Source: Eubacteriales bacterium (GTDB taxonomy: Bacteria > Bacillota > Clostridia > Oscillospirales > CAG-382). From it: DNA of 36,261 nucleotides. The DNA lies in NCBI GenBank assembly GCA_045636665.1, contig JAZTXY010000087.1, positions 1 to 36,261 of the forward strand, in the 5' to 3' direction. Shown here piece by piece: positions 26,014-33,928 of the stretch. The notes below the pieces were generated by a model, which saw nothing but the letters and a program-made list of their open reading frames with translations, was not told the origin of the DNA and searched no databases. The translations under genes were made by a program, and so were the position numbers. Every line of letters starts with the position of its first letter. Position 1 is the first letter of the stretch.

Positions 26014-27312
26014 ATGAAAAAAATTCTGATTTCTCTGCTTGTTCTTTTAATCGTTGCAACGCTTTTTACGGGTTGCTTTTTCCCGTTGGGCGAATTGGAT
26101 AAGCTTAAGGATGAAGTCGATAAATTTCAAGACGAAGTGTCGCGTATGATGGAAAGCTATGCCGAAACGTCTTGGCACGAGTCTTCATATCCGCAGTACG
26201 GCGATAATAAAGAACAAAGTGAATACAGCGAACAAAGTGAATATAGCGACTTCAGCGAGCCGAATTATGAGGTGTCCGACTTCAGCGAGCCCGTTGAAAG
26301 CGTAATCGAGCTTAACACGCTTGACGAGGTGCGCGATTTTATAAACGGCAAAAAAGAGCAGGATATTTTCAAGACCGAATTTATTTATAACGGCGACGTT
26401 TACGAGCTTGACGGCCCGACGCTTGCGCGTATTTCTTCTGCCTGCGTAGTTTTTCATTCTGTAGTCGGCAGGAAATATAACGTCACCATTGTCGAATATC
26501 CGGGCGACCGAATCGTCGATGCATATCGAAGCGGTGACCAATCGGATCTTAATACCGACGAAAAGCTTGCCTTAAATGCGGCGGTCGAAATGGTAAACGA
26601 GGCAAAGTCAAAGGCAAATAGCGATATCGAGCTTGAAATTCTTTTACACGATATGCTTGCCGAAAAAATCACCTATTACGGCGGAGCTACCGACATTCCC
26701 GACCATAAAAATCCGCCGCGCCACCTTACCGCGGTCGGAGCGCTTTTGGACGGCAAGGCGAATTGTCAGGGATATACCGACGGGTTTTACGTTCTCGCAT
26801 CGATCGCAGGCTTTGAGGTCGGAAGAATGAACGTTTATAATTCCGACGGCTGGCATATTCTTAATACAATCAAGCTTGACGGCAAATGGTATGCTGTTGA
26901 CGTTACCTTTAACGACTGTATGGTCGATAAAAACGAATATATTCCTTCTTACCGTCTTTTCAATGCAGGGAAAGACAGAATGCTCGAATATTTTTGGGGC
27001 TCGGAGATGGAATATTATCCGTTGGTCGGCGCGAGCGATGAAAAGTACTTTTACTTTATGAACGATGCCGACAGTGAATACGCCTATAAAAAGGCGTATG
27101 CCGATATTGACGTTATGGCGCAGGATATTATCGACCGTTGGCTTGATGAAAAGATATCCGTGCAGTGTGTAATGTATGTCGGCTCAGTTGCGGATTGGGA
27201 AGCATTGAGCAAGGCAATGGAGCAATCCAACGTGCGAAATACTCAAATCACTTGGACGATTTGGTCGTACACAAACGGACTCGATACCTTTTATACAGTT
27301 AAATTACAGTAA
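26014..27312 (+). CDS. Lipoprotein with transglutaminase-like (Cys-His-Asp) domain
   Basis: Lipobox FTG-C; motifs GALLDGKANCQGY, HILN, WYAVDVT. Confidence 0.83.
   Translation: MKKILISLLVLLIVATLFTGCFFPLGELDKLKDEVDKFQDEVSRMMESYAETSWHESSYPQYGDNKEQSEYSEQSEYSDFSEPNYEVSDFSEPVESVIELNTLDEVRDFINGKKEQDIFKTEFIYNGDVYELDGPTLARISSACVVFHSVVGRKYNVTIVEYPGDRIVDAYRSGDQSDLNTDEKLALNAAVEMVNEAKSKANSDIELEILLHDMLAEKITYYGGATDIPDHKNPPRHLTAVGALLDGKANCQGYTDGFYVLASIAGFEVGRMNVYNSDGWHILNTIKLDGKWYAVDVTFNDCMVDKNEYIPSYRLFNAGKDRMLEYFWGSEMEYYPLVGASDEKYFYFMNDADSEYAYKKAYADIDVMAQDIIDRWLDEKISVQCVMYVGSVADWEALSKAMEQSNVRNTQITWTIWSYTNGLDTFYTVKLQ
26212..26291 (+). repeat. Coding tandem repeats in lipoprotein linker
   Basis: GAACAAAGTGAATAYAGC x2 (26212-26247); GACTTCAGCGAGCC x2 (26248, 26278). 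Confidence 0.8.
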
Positions 27313-27344
27313 AAAAGAAGGTGCGGAATTTTCCGCACCTTTTT
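27311..27344. terminator. Bidirectional intrinsic terminator
   Basis: Stem AAGGTGCGGAA/TTCCGCACCTT with A/T flanks. Confidence 0.85.
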
Positions 27345-27356
27345 ATAAGGTTTTAA

Positions 27357-27896
27357 TTAAAACGCGTTAACCTTCTTTTGGAAGTAGGACTTGGGATGCT
27401 GGCAAACGGGGCACATTTCGGGAGCCTTCTTGCCAACGTGAACGTGACCGCAGTTGGTGCAGATCCAAACCTGAACCTCTTCGGAAACGAAAATGGTTTC
27501 TGCGTTGAGCTTTTCAAGGATAGCGCGATATCTTTCTTCGTGTTCCTTTTCGATATTGCCTACTGCTTCAAAGAGGTAGGCGATTCTGTCAAAGCCTTCT
27601 TCTTTAGCGGTCTTTGCAAAGTTAGCGTACATATCGGTCCATTCATAGTTTTCGCCGTCAGCCGCATCGAGAAGGTTGGTTGCGGTATCGGGAACCTTGT
27701 CGCCGTGGAGAAGCTTGAACCAAAGCTTTGCGTGTTCCTTTTCGTTGTTAGCGGTTTCTTCAAAAATGTCTGCGATAACGGTGTAACCTGCTTTTTTAGC
27801 TTCGCTTGCATAGTAGGTATACTTGTTACGAGCCTGAGATTCGCCTGCGAAAGCGGTCATAAGATTCTGTTCTGTTCTGCTGCCTTTGAGTTCCAT
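27357..27896 (-). CDS. rbr: Rubrerythrin
   Basis: Motifs [32 protein letters not shown] and C-terminal rubredoxin-like WICTNCG…CPVC.HP. Confidence 0.96.
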   Translation of the reverse strand: MELKGSRTEQNLMTAFAGESQARNKYTYYASEAKKAGYTVIADIFEETANNEKEHAKLWFKLLHGDKVPDTATNLLDAADGENYEWTDMYANFAKTAKEEGFDRIAYLFEAVGNIEKEHEERYRAILEKLNAETIFVSEEVQVWICTNCGHVHVGKKAPEMCPVCQHPKSYFQKKVNAF

Positions 27897-27935
27897 TTGT
27901 TGTTTCTCCTTTAAAATAGTTGATTGTTTTATTTT

Positions 27936-28334
27936 TTAATTTAAATCTTTATTTTTACATTCGGGACATTTGCCATAAAACACGGTTTCGTGCTTTGCGA
28001 TTGAAAAACCGCTTCTTGCCTCGATAACCTTATCCAGTTCGGCATCGTAATCGATATCGAAGAAATCGCAAAACCTGCCGCAATCGGTACAGCTTATGTG
28101 GTAATGCGGTGTAAGGTCGCCGTCAAACCTGTCGGGCGAGTTAATAACCGAGATTCGGCGAATAATGCCAAGCTCGGCAAGACGGTTTAGGTTGCGGTAG
28201 ACCGTTCCCAAGCTTAAATGAGGTGCAGCATCGGTGATCATCGCGTGCACTTGCTCTGCCGTCGGGTGGGTTTTTGTGCCCTGCACCGCCGAAAGTATAA
28301 GCGTGTTTTGCTTTGTAGTGCGCTCTTTTATCAT
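27936..28334 (-). CDS. Fur-family transcriptional repressor, PerR-like
   Basis: Motifs HPTAE, SLGTVYRNL, RFDG, HYH..C..C, C..C. Start at ATG 28334 with AAGGAG RBS. Directly upstream of rubrerythrin. Confidence 0.9.
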   Translation of the reverse strand: MIKERTTKQNTLILSAVQGTKTHPTAEQVHAMITDAAPHLSLGTVYRNLNRLAELGIIRRISVINSPDRFDGDLTPHYHISCTDCGRFCDFFDIDYDAELDKVIEARSGFSIAKHETVFYGKCPECKNKDLN

Positions 28335-28346
28335 CGGCAACTCCTT

Positions 28347-28397
28347 AATAGTAATATTTACTAATAAGAATATAACATAGCCGAAAGGATTTGTCAA
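28347..28397 (-). promoter_or_regulatory. perR-rbr promoter with putative Per/Fur box
   Basis: Minus strand TTGACA, 17 bp, TATATT (TGn). Imperfect palindrome AATAGTAAT-A-TTTACTAAT (28347-28365) between the -10 and the RBS. Confidence 0.68.
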
Positions 28398-28477
28398 TAG
28401 GAAATTTTCAATTTTTCTTTACTTTTTTTGTTATGGATGATAAGATATAAGTAATATGAGATATATGAGGGAAATTT

Positions 28478-30367
28478 ATGCCGTTTTTGCCTATTTTTGC
28501 GAATGAAATAGATTATCAGCCCGATTTTGTTATCGTTACGGGCGATGCATACGTCGACCATCCGTCGTTTGGCACAGCGATAATTTCGCGCGTGCTTGAG
28601 GCGGAGGGCTATTCTGTTGCAATTATACCCCAACCCGATTACAAAAGCAAGACCGATTTTATGCGTTTCGGTCGACCTCGTTTGGCATTTTTAGTCAACG
28701 CAGGCAATATCGATTCGATGGTCGCGCATTATACCGCATCGAAAAAACGCCGTAACGACGATTATTATTCTCCCGGATGTAAGATAGGCAAGCGCCCCGA
28801 TCGCGCGGTTATAGTATATTGTAACCGAATCCGCGAGGCATTCGGTGACGTGCCGATAATAATCGGCGGTCTTGAAGCGTCGACGCGTCGCTTTGCGCAT
28901 TACGATTATTGGTCAGATAACGTGCGCAGAAGCGTGCTTGTCGATTCGCGCGCCGATATGCTCACATACGGTATGGGCGAAAATATTTTAAGGCGTCTTG
29001 CATTCCTGCTCGACAAGGGAGTGCCGATACGCAAGATTCGTGACGTGCGCGGCACCTGCTTCTTGGAAAAGCGCGATTTTGTTCCGCATTTTGATTCGGT
29101 ATTCTGCGGCGAATTTGACGATATAAAGAACGATAAACGCGCATTTGCGCAGGCATATAAAATTCAATCCGACAACCAAGACCATATTTACGGCAAAGCA
29201 ATAATTGAGGGCTATGACGAAAAGATATTCGTTCAAAATCCTCCGATGCCTCCGCTTACGAGAAAGGAGCTCGATGCCGTTTATTCTCTGCCGTATATGC
29301 GCACCTACCATCCCGTTTACGAATCGATGGGCGGTGTGCCTGCGATCGAGGAGGTTAAATTTTCGGTCACGCATAACCGTGGTTGCTTCGGCGGATGTAA
29401 TTTCTGCTCGATAGCCTTCCATCAGGGCAGAACGGTAACCTCGCGCTCGATAGAGTCCTGCGTTGCCGAGGCCGAAAAGATAACGCAAATGCCCGATTTC
29501 AAGGGGTATATCCACGACGTCGGCGGTCCGAGCGCAAACTTCCGCACCAACGGATGCGAAAAGGCGAAAAAGTATGGCGTCTGCAAGGGTAAAAACTGTC
29601 TTACTCCGACCGTTTGCAAGAATATGCAGGTCGACCACGGCGAATATATCGAGCTTTTAAAGGCGATTGAATCCGTTAAGGGCGTTAAAAAGGTGTTTAT
29701 CCGTTCGGGCTTGCGATACGATTATATCCTTGCCGATAAAAACAACAAATTCTTCCGCAAGCTTGTTAACGATCACGTAAGCGGTCATTTAAAGGTCGCG
29801 CCCGAGCATTGCTGTAACGACGTGCTTGCGCTTATGGGCAAGCCGCCGATTGAGGAATACGATAAGTTTAAGGCAAAGTTTGCGACACTCACCAAGGAAG
29901 CAGGTAAGGAGCAATATATCGTTCCCTATCTGATTTCCTCCCACCCCGGCAGTACGCTTGAATCTGCAATCGAGCTTGCGCTTTATTTGAAGAAAAACAA
30001 CCTTAATCCCGAGCAGGTGCAGGACTTTTATCCCACACCGGGCACCGCTTCGACCTGTATGTTCTATTCGGGATATGACCCGATGACGATGAAGGAGATA
30101 TACGTCGCGCGGGATTACGAGGAAAAACAGATGCAACGCGCATTGCTTCAATTTGCGCGCCCCGCAAACGCGCCGCTTGTGCGTAAGGCGTTGATAAAAG
30201 CAGGTAGGGAAGACCTTATCGGTCACGGACGCGATTGTCTTGTCCGTCCTGCCGTTAACGTTCAAAAACGTCCCGCAAACGGTAAGCAAAACGGCAGACC
30301 GAGCAACAAGCCGAGCAACAAGCCGAGCAATAAAAAAACGCAAAATCAAAAAAGAGGTAAAAGATAA
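28478..30367 (+). CDS. ygiQ: YgiQ-family (UPF0313) radical SAM protein
   Basis: Motifs VTGDAYVDHPSFG, GGLEAS.RR.AHYDYW, RGCFGGCNFC, DVGGPSAN, SGHLKVAPEH, SSHPG, QVQDFYPTP. Confidence 0.93.
   Translation: MPFLPIFANEIDYQPDFVIVTGDAYVDHPSFGTAIISRVLEAEGYSVAIIPQPDYKSKTDFMRFGRPRLAFLVNAGNIDSMVAHYTASKKRRNDDYYSPGCKIGKRPDRAVIVYCNRIREAFGDVPIIIGGLEASTRRFAHYDYWSDNVRRSVLVDSRADMLTYGMGENILRRLAFLLDKGVPIRKIRDVRGTCFLEKRDFVPHFDSVFCGEFDDIKNDKRAFAQAYKIQSDNQDHIYGKAIIEGYDEKIFVQNPPMPPLTRKELDAVYSLPYMRTYHPVYESMGGVPAIEEVKFSVTHNRGCFGGCNFCSIAFHQGRTVTSRSIESCVAEAEKITQMPDFKGYIHDVGGPSANFRTNGCEKAKKYGVCKGKNCLTPTVCKNMQVDHGEYIELLKAIESVKGVKKVFIRSGLRYDYILADKNNKFFRKLVNDHVSGHLKVAPEHCCNDVLALMGKPPIEEYDKFKAKFATLTKEAGKEQYIVPYLISSHPGSTLESAIELALYLKKNNLNPEQVQDFYPTPGTASTCMFYSGYDPMTMKEIYVARDYEEKQMQRALLQFARPANAPLVRKALIKAGREDLIGHGRDCLVRPAVNVQKRPANGKQNGRPSNKPSNKPSNKKTQNQKRGKR
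30299..30334 (+). repeat. 12-bp coding tandem repeat (PSNK)x3
   Basis: CCGAGCAACAAG x2 plus CCGAGCAATAAA in the basic tail of YgiQ. Confidence 0.85.
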
Positions 30368-30753
30368 TGGTAAAAGGATTTCACCACATCGCGCTTAATG
30401 CAAGCGATTTAGACAAAAGCGTTGAATTTTACAAGGCGTTGGGACTCACCGAGCGTGTTCGCTGGGGCGAGGGCGAGGGCAGAGCCGTTATGATGAATAT
30501 GGGTGACGGCGGATGCATTGAAATTTTCGGACGCGGCGAAGCTCGCGACCGTGTTGACGAGCGTTTTCTTCACCTCGCATTCAAGACCGATGACGTCGAC
30601 GGCACATACCAAGCGGCATTAAATGCAGGAGCAAAGCCCATGCGTGAGCCCTGCGAGGTTGCACCCGAGGGAGCTACTCCCGTAATAAAAATGCGCATCG
30701 CATTCGTTTACGGTCCCGATGGAGAATTGCTTGAATTTTTCGACGAGCATTAA
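30367..30753 (+). CDS. VOC/glyoxalase family protein
   Basis: Motifs HHIAL..SDL..S..FY, IEIF, HLAF..DDVD, F.YGPDGELLEF. TAATG overlap with ygiQ. Confidence 0.9.
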   Translation: MVKGFHHIALNASDLDKSVEFYKALGLTERVRWGEGEGRAVMMNMGDGGCIEIFGRGEARDRVDERFLHLAFKTDDVDGTYQAALNAGAKPMREPCEVAPEGATPVIKMRIAFVYGPDGELLEFFDEH

Positions 30754-30800
30754 ATTTAAAAATTCGTATGCGTTTTAACGAATGCGAAATAACCTAACAA

Positions 30801-31155
30801 AAAACGGCTTTTACAAATGGGCTGTACTCTAAAGGACAGTTTTAAATTCAATAGATATAGCACCTACCGACAGGAAAAGGACAGAGAATGTTTTTTACAC
30901 TCTCTGTCCTCTTTTCTTGACAAGCACTGCATCTGTGGACACAGATGCTATTTTTAGTTATGAGTTATGAGTCTCGCTTTTGCTCGCCGTTATGAATTTG
31001 CTTCGCAAACGTTATGATATGATCGCCCGATTACTTGCAACTGTGCCGAAGGCACATCATAGCTTGGCGCAGCCAATCATAACTCTAAACTCGCCGCAGG
31101 CGATCATAACTGCGTAGTGTCCTTAAGGGCACTACGCTAAAGTAAGAGCCGTTTT
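30801..31155. repeat. Structured non-coding insert bounded by 14-bp inverted repeats, containing several hairpins and GTTATGA/TCATAAC heptamer arrays
   Basis: Terminal AAAACGGCTTTTAC / GTAAGAGCCGTTTT (13/14 complementary). Hairpins at 30872-30918, 30929-30948, 31042-31056 and 31112-31137. GTTATGA x4 followed by TCATARC x3. Confidence 0.7.
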
Positions 31156-31163
31156 CGTTGTTA

Positions 31164-33908
31164 TTAAGGAATTATTGGGTCATTTGGCAACGTCGGATCG
31201 GTCGGAACGTTCGGTACGTTCGGAACTACCGGTTGAGCCGTGGGAAGATAGTGCTCGGTACAAATGCGGTTTGCAGGCTTGGTCTGTGTCGAAAATCCGA
31301 AATTGTATCCTTCGGGGAGAAGGTTTTGGAAGAAGGGCACGTCGGGACTAAGCGGGAAAATATATCCTTCGGGAAGATCCATATAAAGGTATTGCGCGTC
31401 GACAACCTTAACTCCCTCGTGAAGTGCGCGGTAGTCAAGCGTTATTTTACGAAGACCTACGTTAATAATATTTTCCGCAGGACAAGCGCATCCGTCAAAG
31501 CAAATCGCACCCGTCGCTTGGTCCCATTGAACCATAACGTGAGCGTCGCATTCCTCGGTGGGGATTTGATCCTCATAAAGTATACCGCTTACAACGCAGT
31601 CCATACCGTCTTGAATATGGCACAAATCGTTTCGGCAGGCGTCGGTTGCGCGCTTGCCCGAAATAATGCAGAATTCCACGTCCTCGACAAGAGTAGAGGG
31701 AATGTCGAATTGCTTTTGATAGCTAATGCCGTTCTTTTCGTAATAGGTGTAAATTTCCTTGAAAACTGCGTTCCAAAGGTCGGCCGCAGGGTTACCCGAG
31801 GCGGTGATTACCTGATTTCGGTCATAACCGTACCAGCAGCAGGCAACGAGGTCGGGGGTATAGCCTGCAAAGTAAACGTCCTTTTTATCGTTGGTCGTAC
31901 CGGTCTTACCCGCTACTTCAAGACCTTCAAAGTTTTTCCAGAACGTAATTCTTGCTCTTGCGGTACCGTAAGGTCCAGAAACAACGCCCTTAAGGAGGTC
32001 GGTGAGTATTGCGGTCGTGCCTTCCTTATATTTAATGGTGTGCTCTTCCTTGTTGTCAAGAATAACTCTGCCGTTGCTGTCGCGTACCTCGGAATAGGTT
32101 CTTGCCTTCGAGGTTATACCGCTGTTTGCAAGCGTTGCGTAAGCTTGAGTGTGTTCGCGTACGGTAACACCGTAGGTCATACCGCCCAATGCAAGAGGCG
32201 ACGTGTTGATATCCGAAAGCACGGTTCCGTTTGAAAGGGTCACGGAATCGACAAGCGTTGTATATCCGTAATCCTTGAAATTGTTGTAAACGTTTTCAAC
32301 GCCCATCTGCTCGCAAAGGCGGACAACGATGGTGTTGAGAGATGCCTGAATCGCATAAGAGGGCGAAACGAAGCCCTGATATTGACCGTTTGAGTTCTTC
32401 GGCCAATAGCTTTCGGTTTCTTCGTAATAAACGGGGGGGACGTCGTCAAGCGGAGTGTTTGTCGAAACGTATCCGTTGTCGATAGCATAAGCGTAAATCG
32501 AAAGCGGCTTTATCGAAGAACCGCACTGACGGTAGGATTGCGTTGCGCGGTTAAGTCCGCGGTTTTCGCGTTTTTCGCCCAAACCGCCGACAATTGCCAA
32601 CAAATCGCCCGTTTCGGGCTCAATAATGCAAATTGCCGATTGCGCCTGCATACCCGAGGTTTCGGGCCAATATGTGCTGTCGGTAAACACCTTTTCGGCG
32701 CATTGCTGAATAACGGGGTCAAGGCAGGTCACTATCTGCAAGCCGCCTGCGAAAAGCATTTGCGATGCGGTAAGCTCGTCATAACCGTATTCTGCCATCA
32801 AATCTTCGATAACGTCGTCCATTACCGCGTCGATGTAATAGGAGTGAACCTTACCGGAGGTATCCTCTTCCTTTTCGCCTCCCAAATTAAGCGGCGCATC
32901 GTATGCCTCGTCAAATTCGGATTGCGTAATCTTTCCCTGCTCAAGCATAAGCTTAAGAACAAGGTTTCGTCTTGTGAGATTGTTTTTGGGGTTGGAAATG
33001 GGGTCGTAGTGAGTCGGCCATTTACCGATCGAAGCGATCGAAGCGCATTCGGCAAGCGTTAATTCGTGCAATTCCTTGTTAAAATAGGTCTTTGCCGCAA
33101 CGCGCACGCCATAGGAATTATGTGAGAGATAAATGGTGTTGAGATACATTTCCAATATCTCTTCTTTTGTATATTTCGTTTCAACGTCAAGCGCGCGGAA
33201 GATTTCCTGCACCTTACGTTGAATGGTCGCTTCGTTATCGCCCGTTACGTTTTTAATCAGCTGTTGGGTTATCGTCGAGCCGCCGCCGTAGCTTGAGCTT
33301 GTCGGGATAAAGAAGTTATATATCGCCGAGGCGGTTCTTGTCGTATCAACGCCGTTATGCTCGAAAAAGCGTTGGTCTTCAACCGCAACGTAAGCGTCGA
33401 TAAGGTCCTGCGGAATATCGGCATAGCTTGCCCAAAGACGGTTTTCACTGCTGACGAGGGTATCTTCTTCCATCAAAACCTCGTTGCCGTCATTATCGAC
33501 GTAATACATCGTGGTCGAAAGCGCCGAGTCGAATTTAAGGTTATCAAGCCCCGTAAAATTCGGGTCGACGTAGTCCTTGATATAAAACACAAAGCATACC
33601 GCCACTACCGCGCCGGTAATAACGCCCACAAGCAAAATCGTGAGCAATATATTCAGCAAATAGGTCGAAGCCTTGCGGAATGCGAACATAACCGTCGAAA
33701 AGGTCGCCTTTGCCGCGCGTGCGGTAAGCTCGTTGCCGCCCTTTTCTTCGTCTTTGCTATCGTCAACGCTTTCGCCCTTTTCCTTGCCGTCAACGGTGTC
33801 GAAGGTTTTCGTGTGTCCGCCTTCGCTTTGCGGTTCGTTGACAGGCTCAAAATTGCGAGTGGCTTTTCCGTCGCCGTCTGCGTTTTCAAACTTTTCTTTG
33901 TCCAACAT
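31164..33908 (-). CDS. Class A penicillin-binding protein (PBP1A family; transglycosylase + transpeptidase)
   Basis: N-terminal TM; motifs EDQRFFEH.G.D, GGSTITQQ, RK..E, S..K (GSSIKP), SLN, KTGT; Cys-rich C-terminal extension and Pro-rich tail. Confidence 0.95.
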   Translation of the reverse strand: MLDKEKFENADGDGKATRNFEPVNEPQSEGGHTKTFDTVDGKEKGESVDDSKDEEKGGNELTARAAKATFSTVMFAFRKASTYLLNILLTILLVGVITGAVVAVCFVFYIKDYVDPNFTGLDNLKFDSALSTTMYYVDNDGNEVLMEEDTLVSSENRLWASYADIPQDLIDAYVAVEDQRFFEHNGVDTTRTASAIYNFFIPTSSSYGGGSTITQQLIKNVTGDNEATIQRKVQEIFRALDVETKYTKEEILEMYLNTIYLSHNSYGVRVAAKTYFNKELHELTLAECASIASIGKWPTHYDPISNPKNNLTRRNLVLKLMLEQGKITQSEFDEAYDAPLNLGGEKEEDTSGKVHSYYIDAVMDDVIEDLMAEYGYDELTASQMLFAGGLQIVTCLDPVIQQCAEKVFTDSTYWPETSGMQAQSAICIIEPETGDLLAIVGGLGEKRENRGLNRATQSYRQCGSSIKPLSIYAYAIDNGYVSTNTPLDDVPPVYYEETESYWPKNSNGQYQGFVSPSYAIQASLNTIVVRLCEQMGVENVYNNFKDYGYTTLVDSVTLSNGTVLSDINTSPLALGGMTYGVTVREHTQAYATLANSGITSKARTYSEVRDSNGRVILDNKEEHTIKYKEGTTAILTDLLKGVVSGPYGTARARITFWKNFEGLEVAGKTGTTNDKKDVYFAGYTPDLVACCWYGYDRNQVITASGNPAADLWNAVFKEIYTYYEKNGISYQKQFDIPSTLVEDVEFCIISGKRATDACRNDLCHIQDGMDCVVSGILYEDQIPTEECDAHVMVQWDQATGAICFDGCACPAENIINVGLRKITLDYRALHEGVKVVDAQYLYMDLPEGYIFPLSPDVPFFQNLLPEGYNFGFSTQTKPANRICTEHYLPTAQPVVPNVPNVPTDPTLPNDPIIP

Positions 33909-33928
33909 ATCGTTTCCTTTCTATCGCT

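Noticed and set aside
28335..28397. Longer N-terminus of the Fur/PerR protein
   Set aside because: The TTG is the -35 box. The AAGGAG RBS supports ATG 28334.
30957..31111. CRISPR array
   Set aside because: Repeats are only 7 nt and switch orientation, spacers are short hairpins, and there are no cas genes in the window.
31158..32234. 358-aa plus-strand ORF, and similar long antisense ORFs over rbr, nadE, the prs-like gene and dnaE
   Set aside because: They mirror well-supported genes on the opposite strand and are explained by codon bias.
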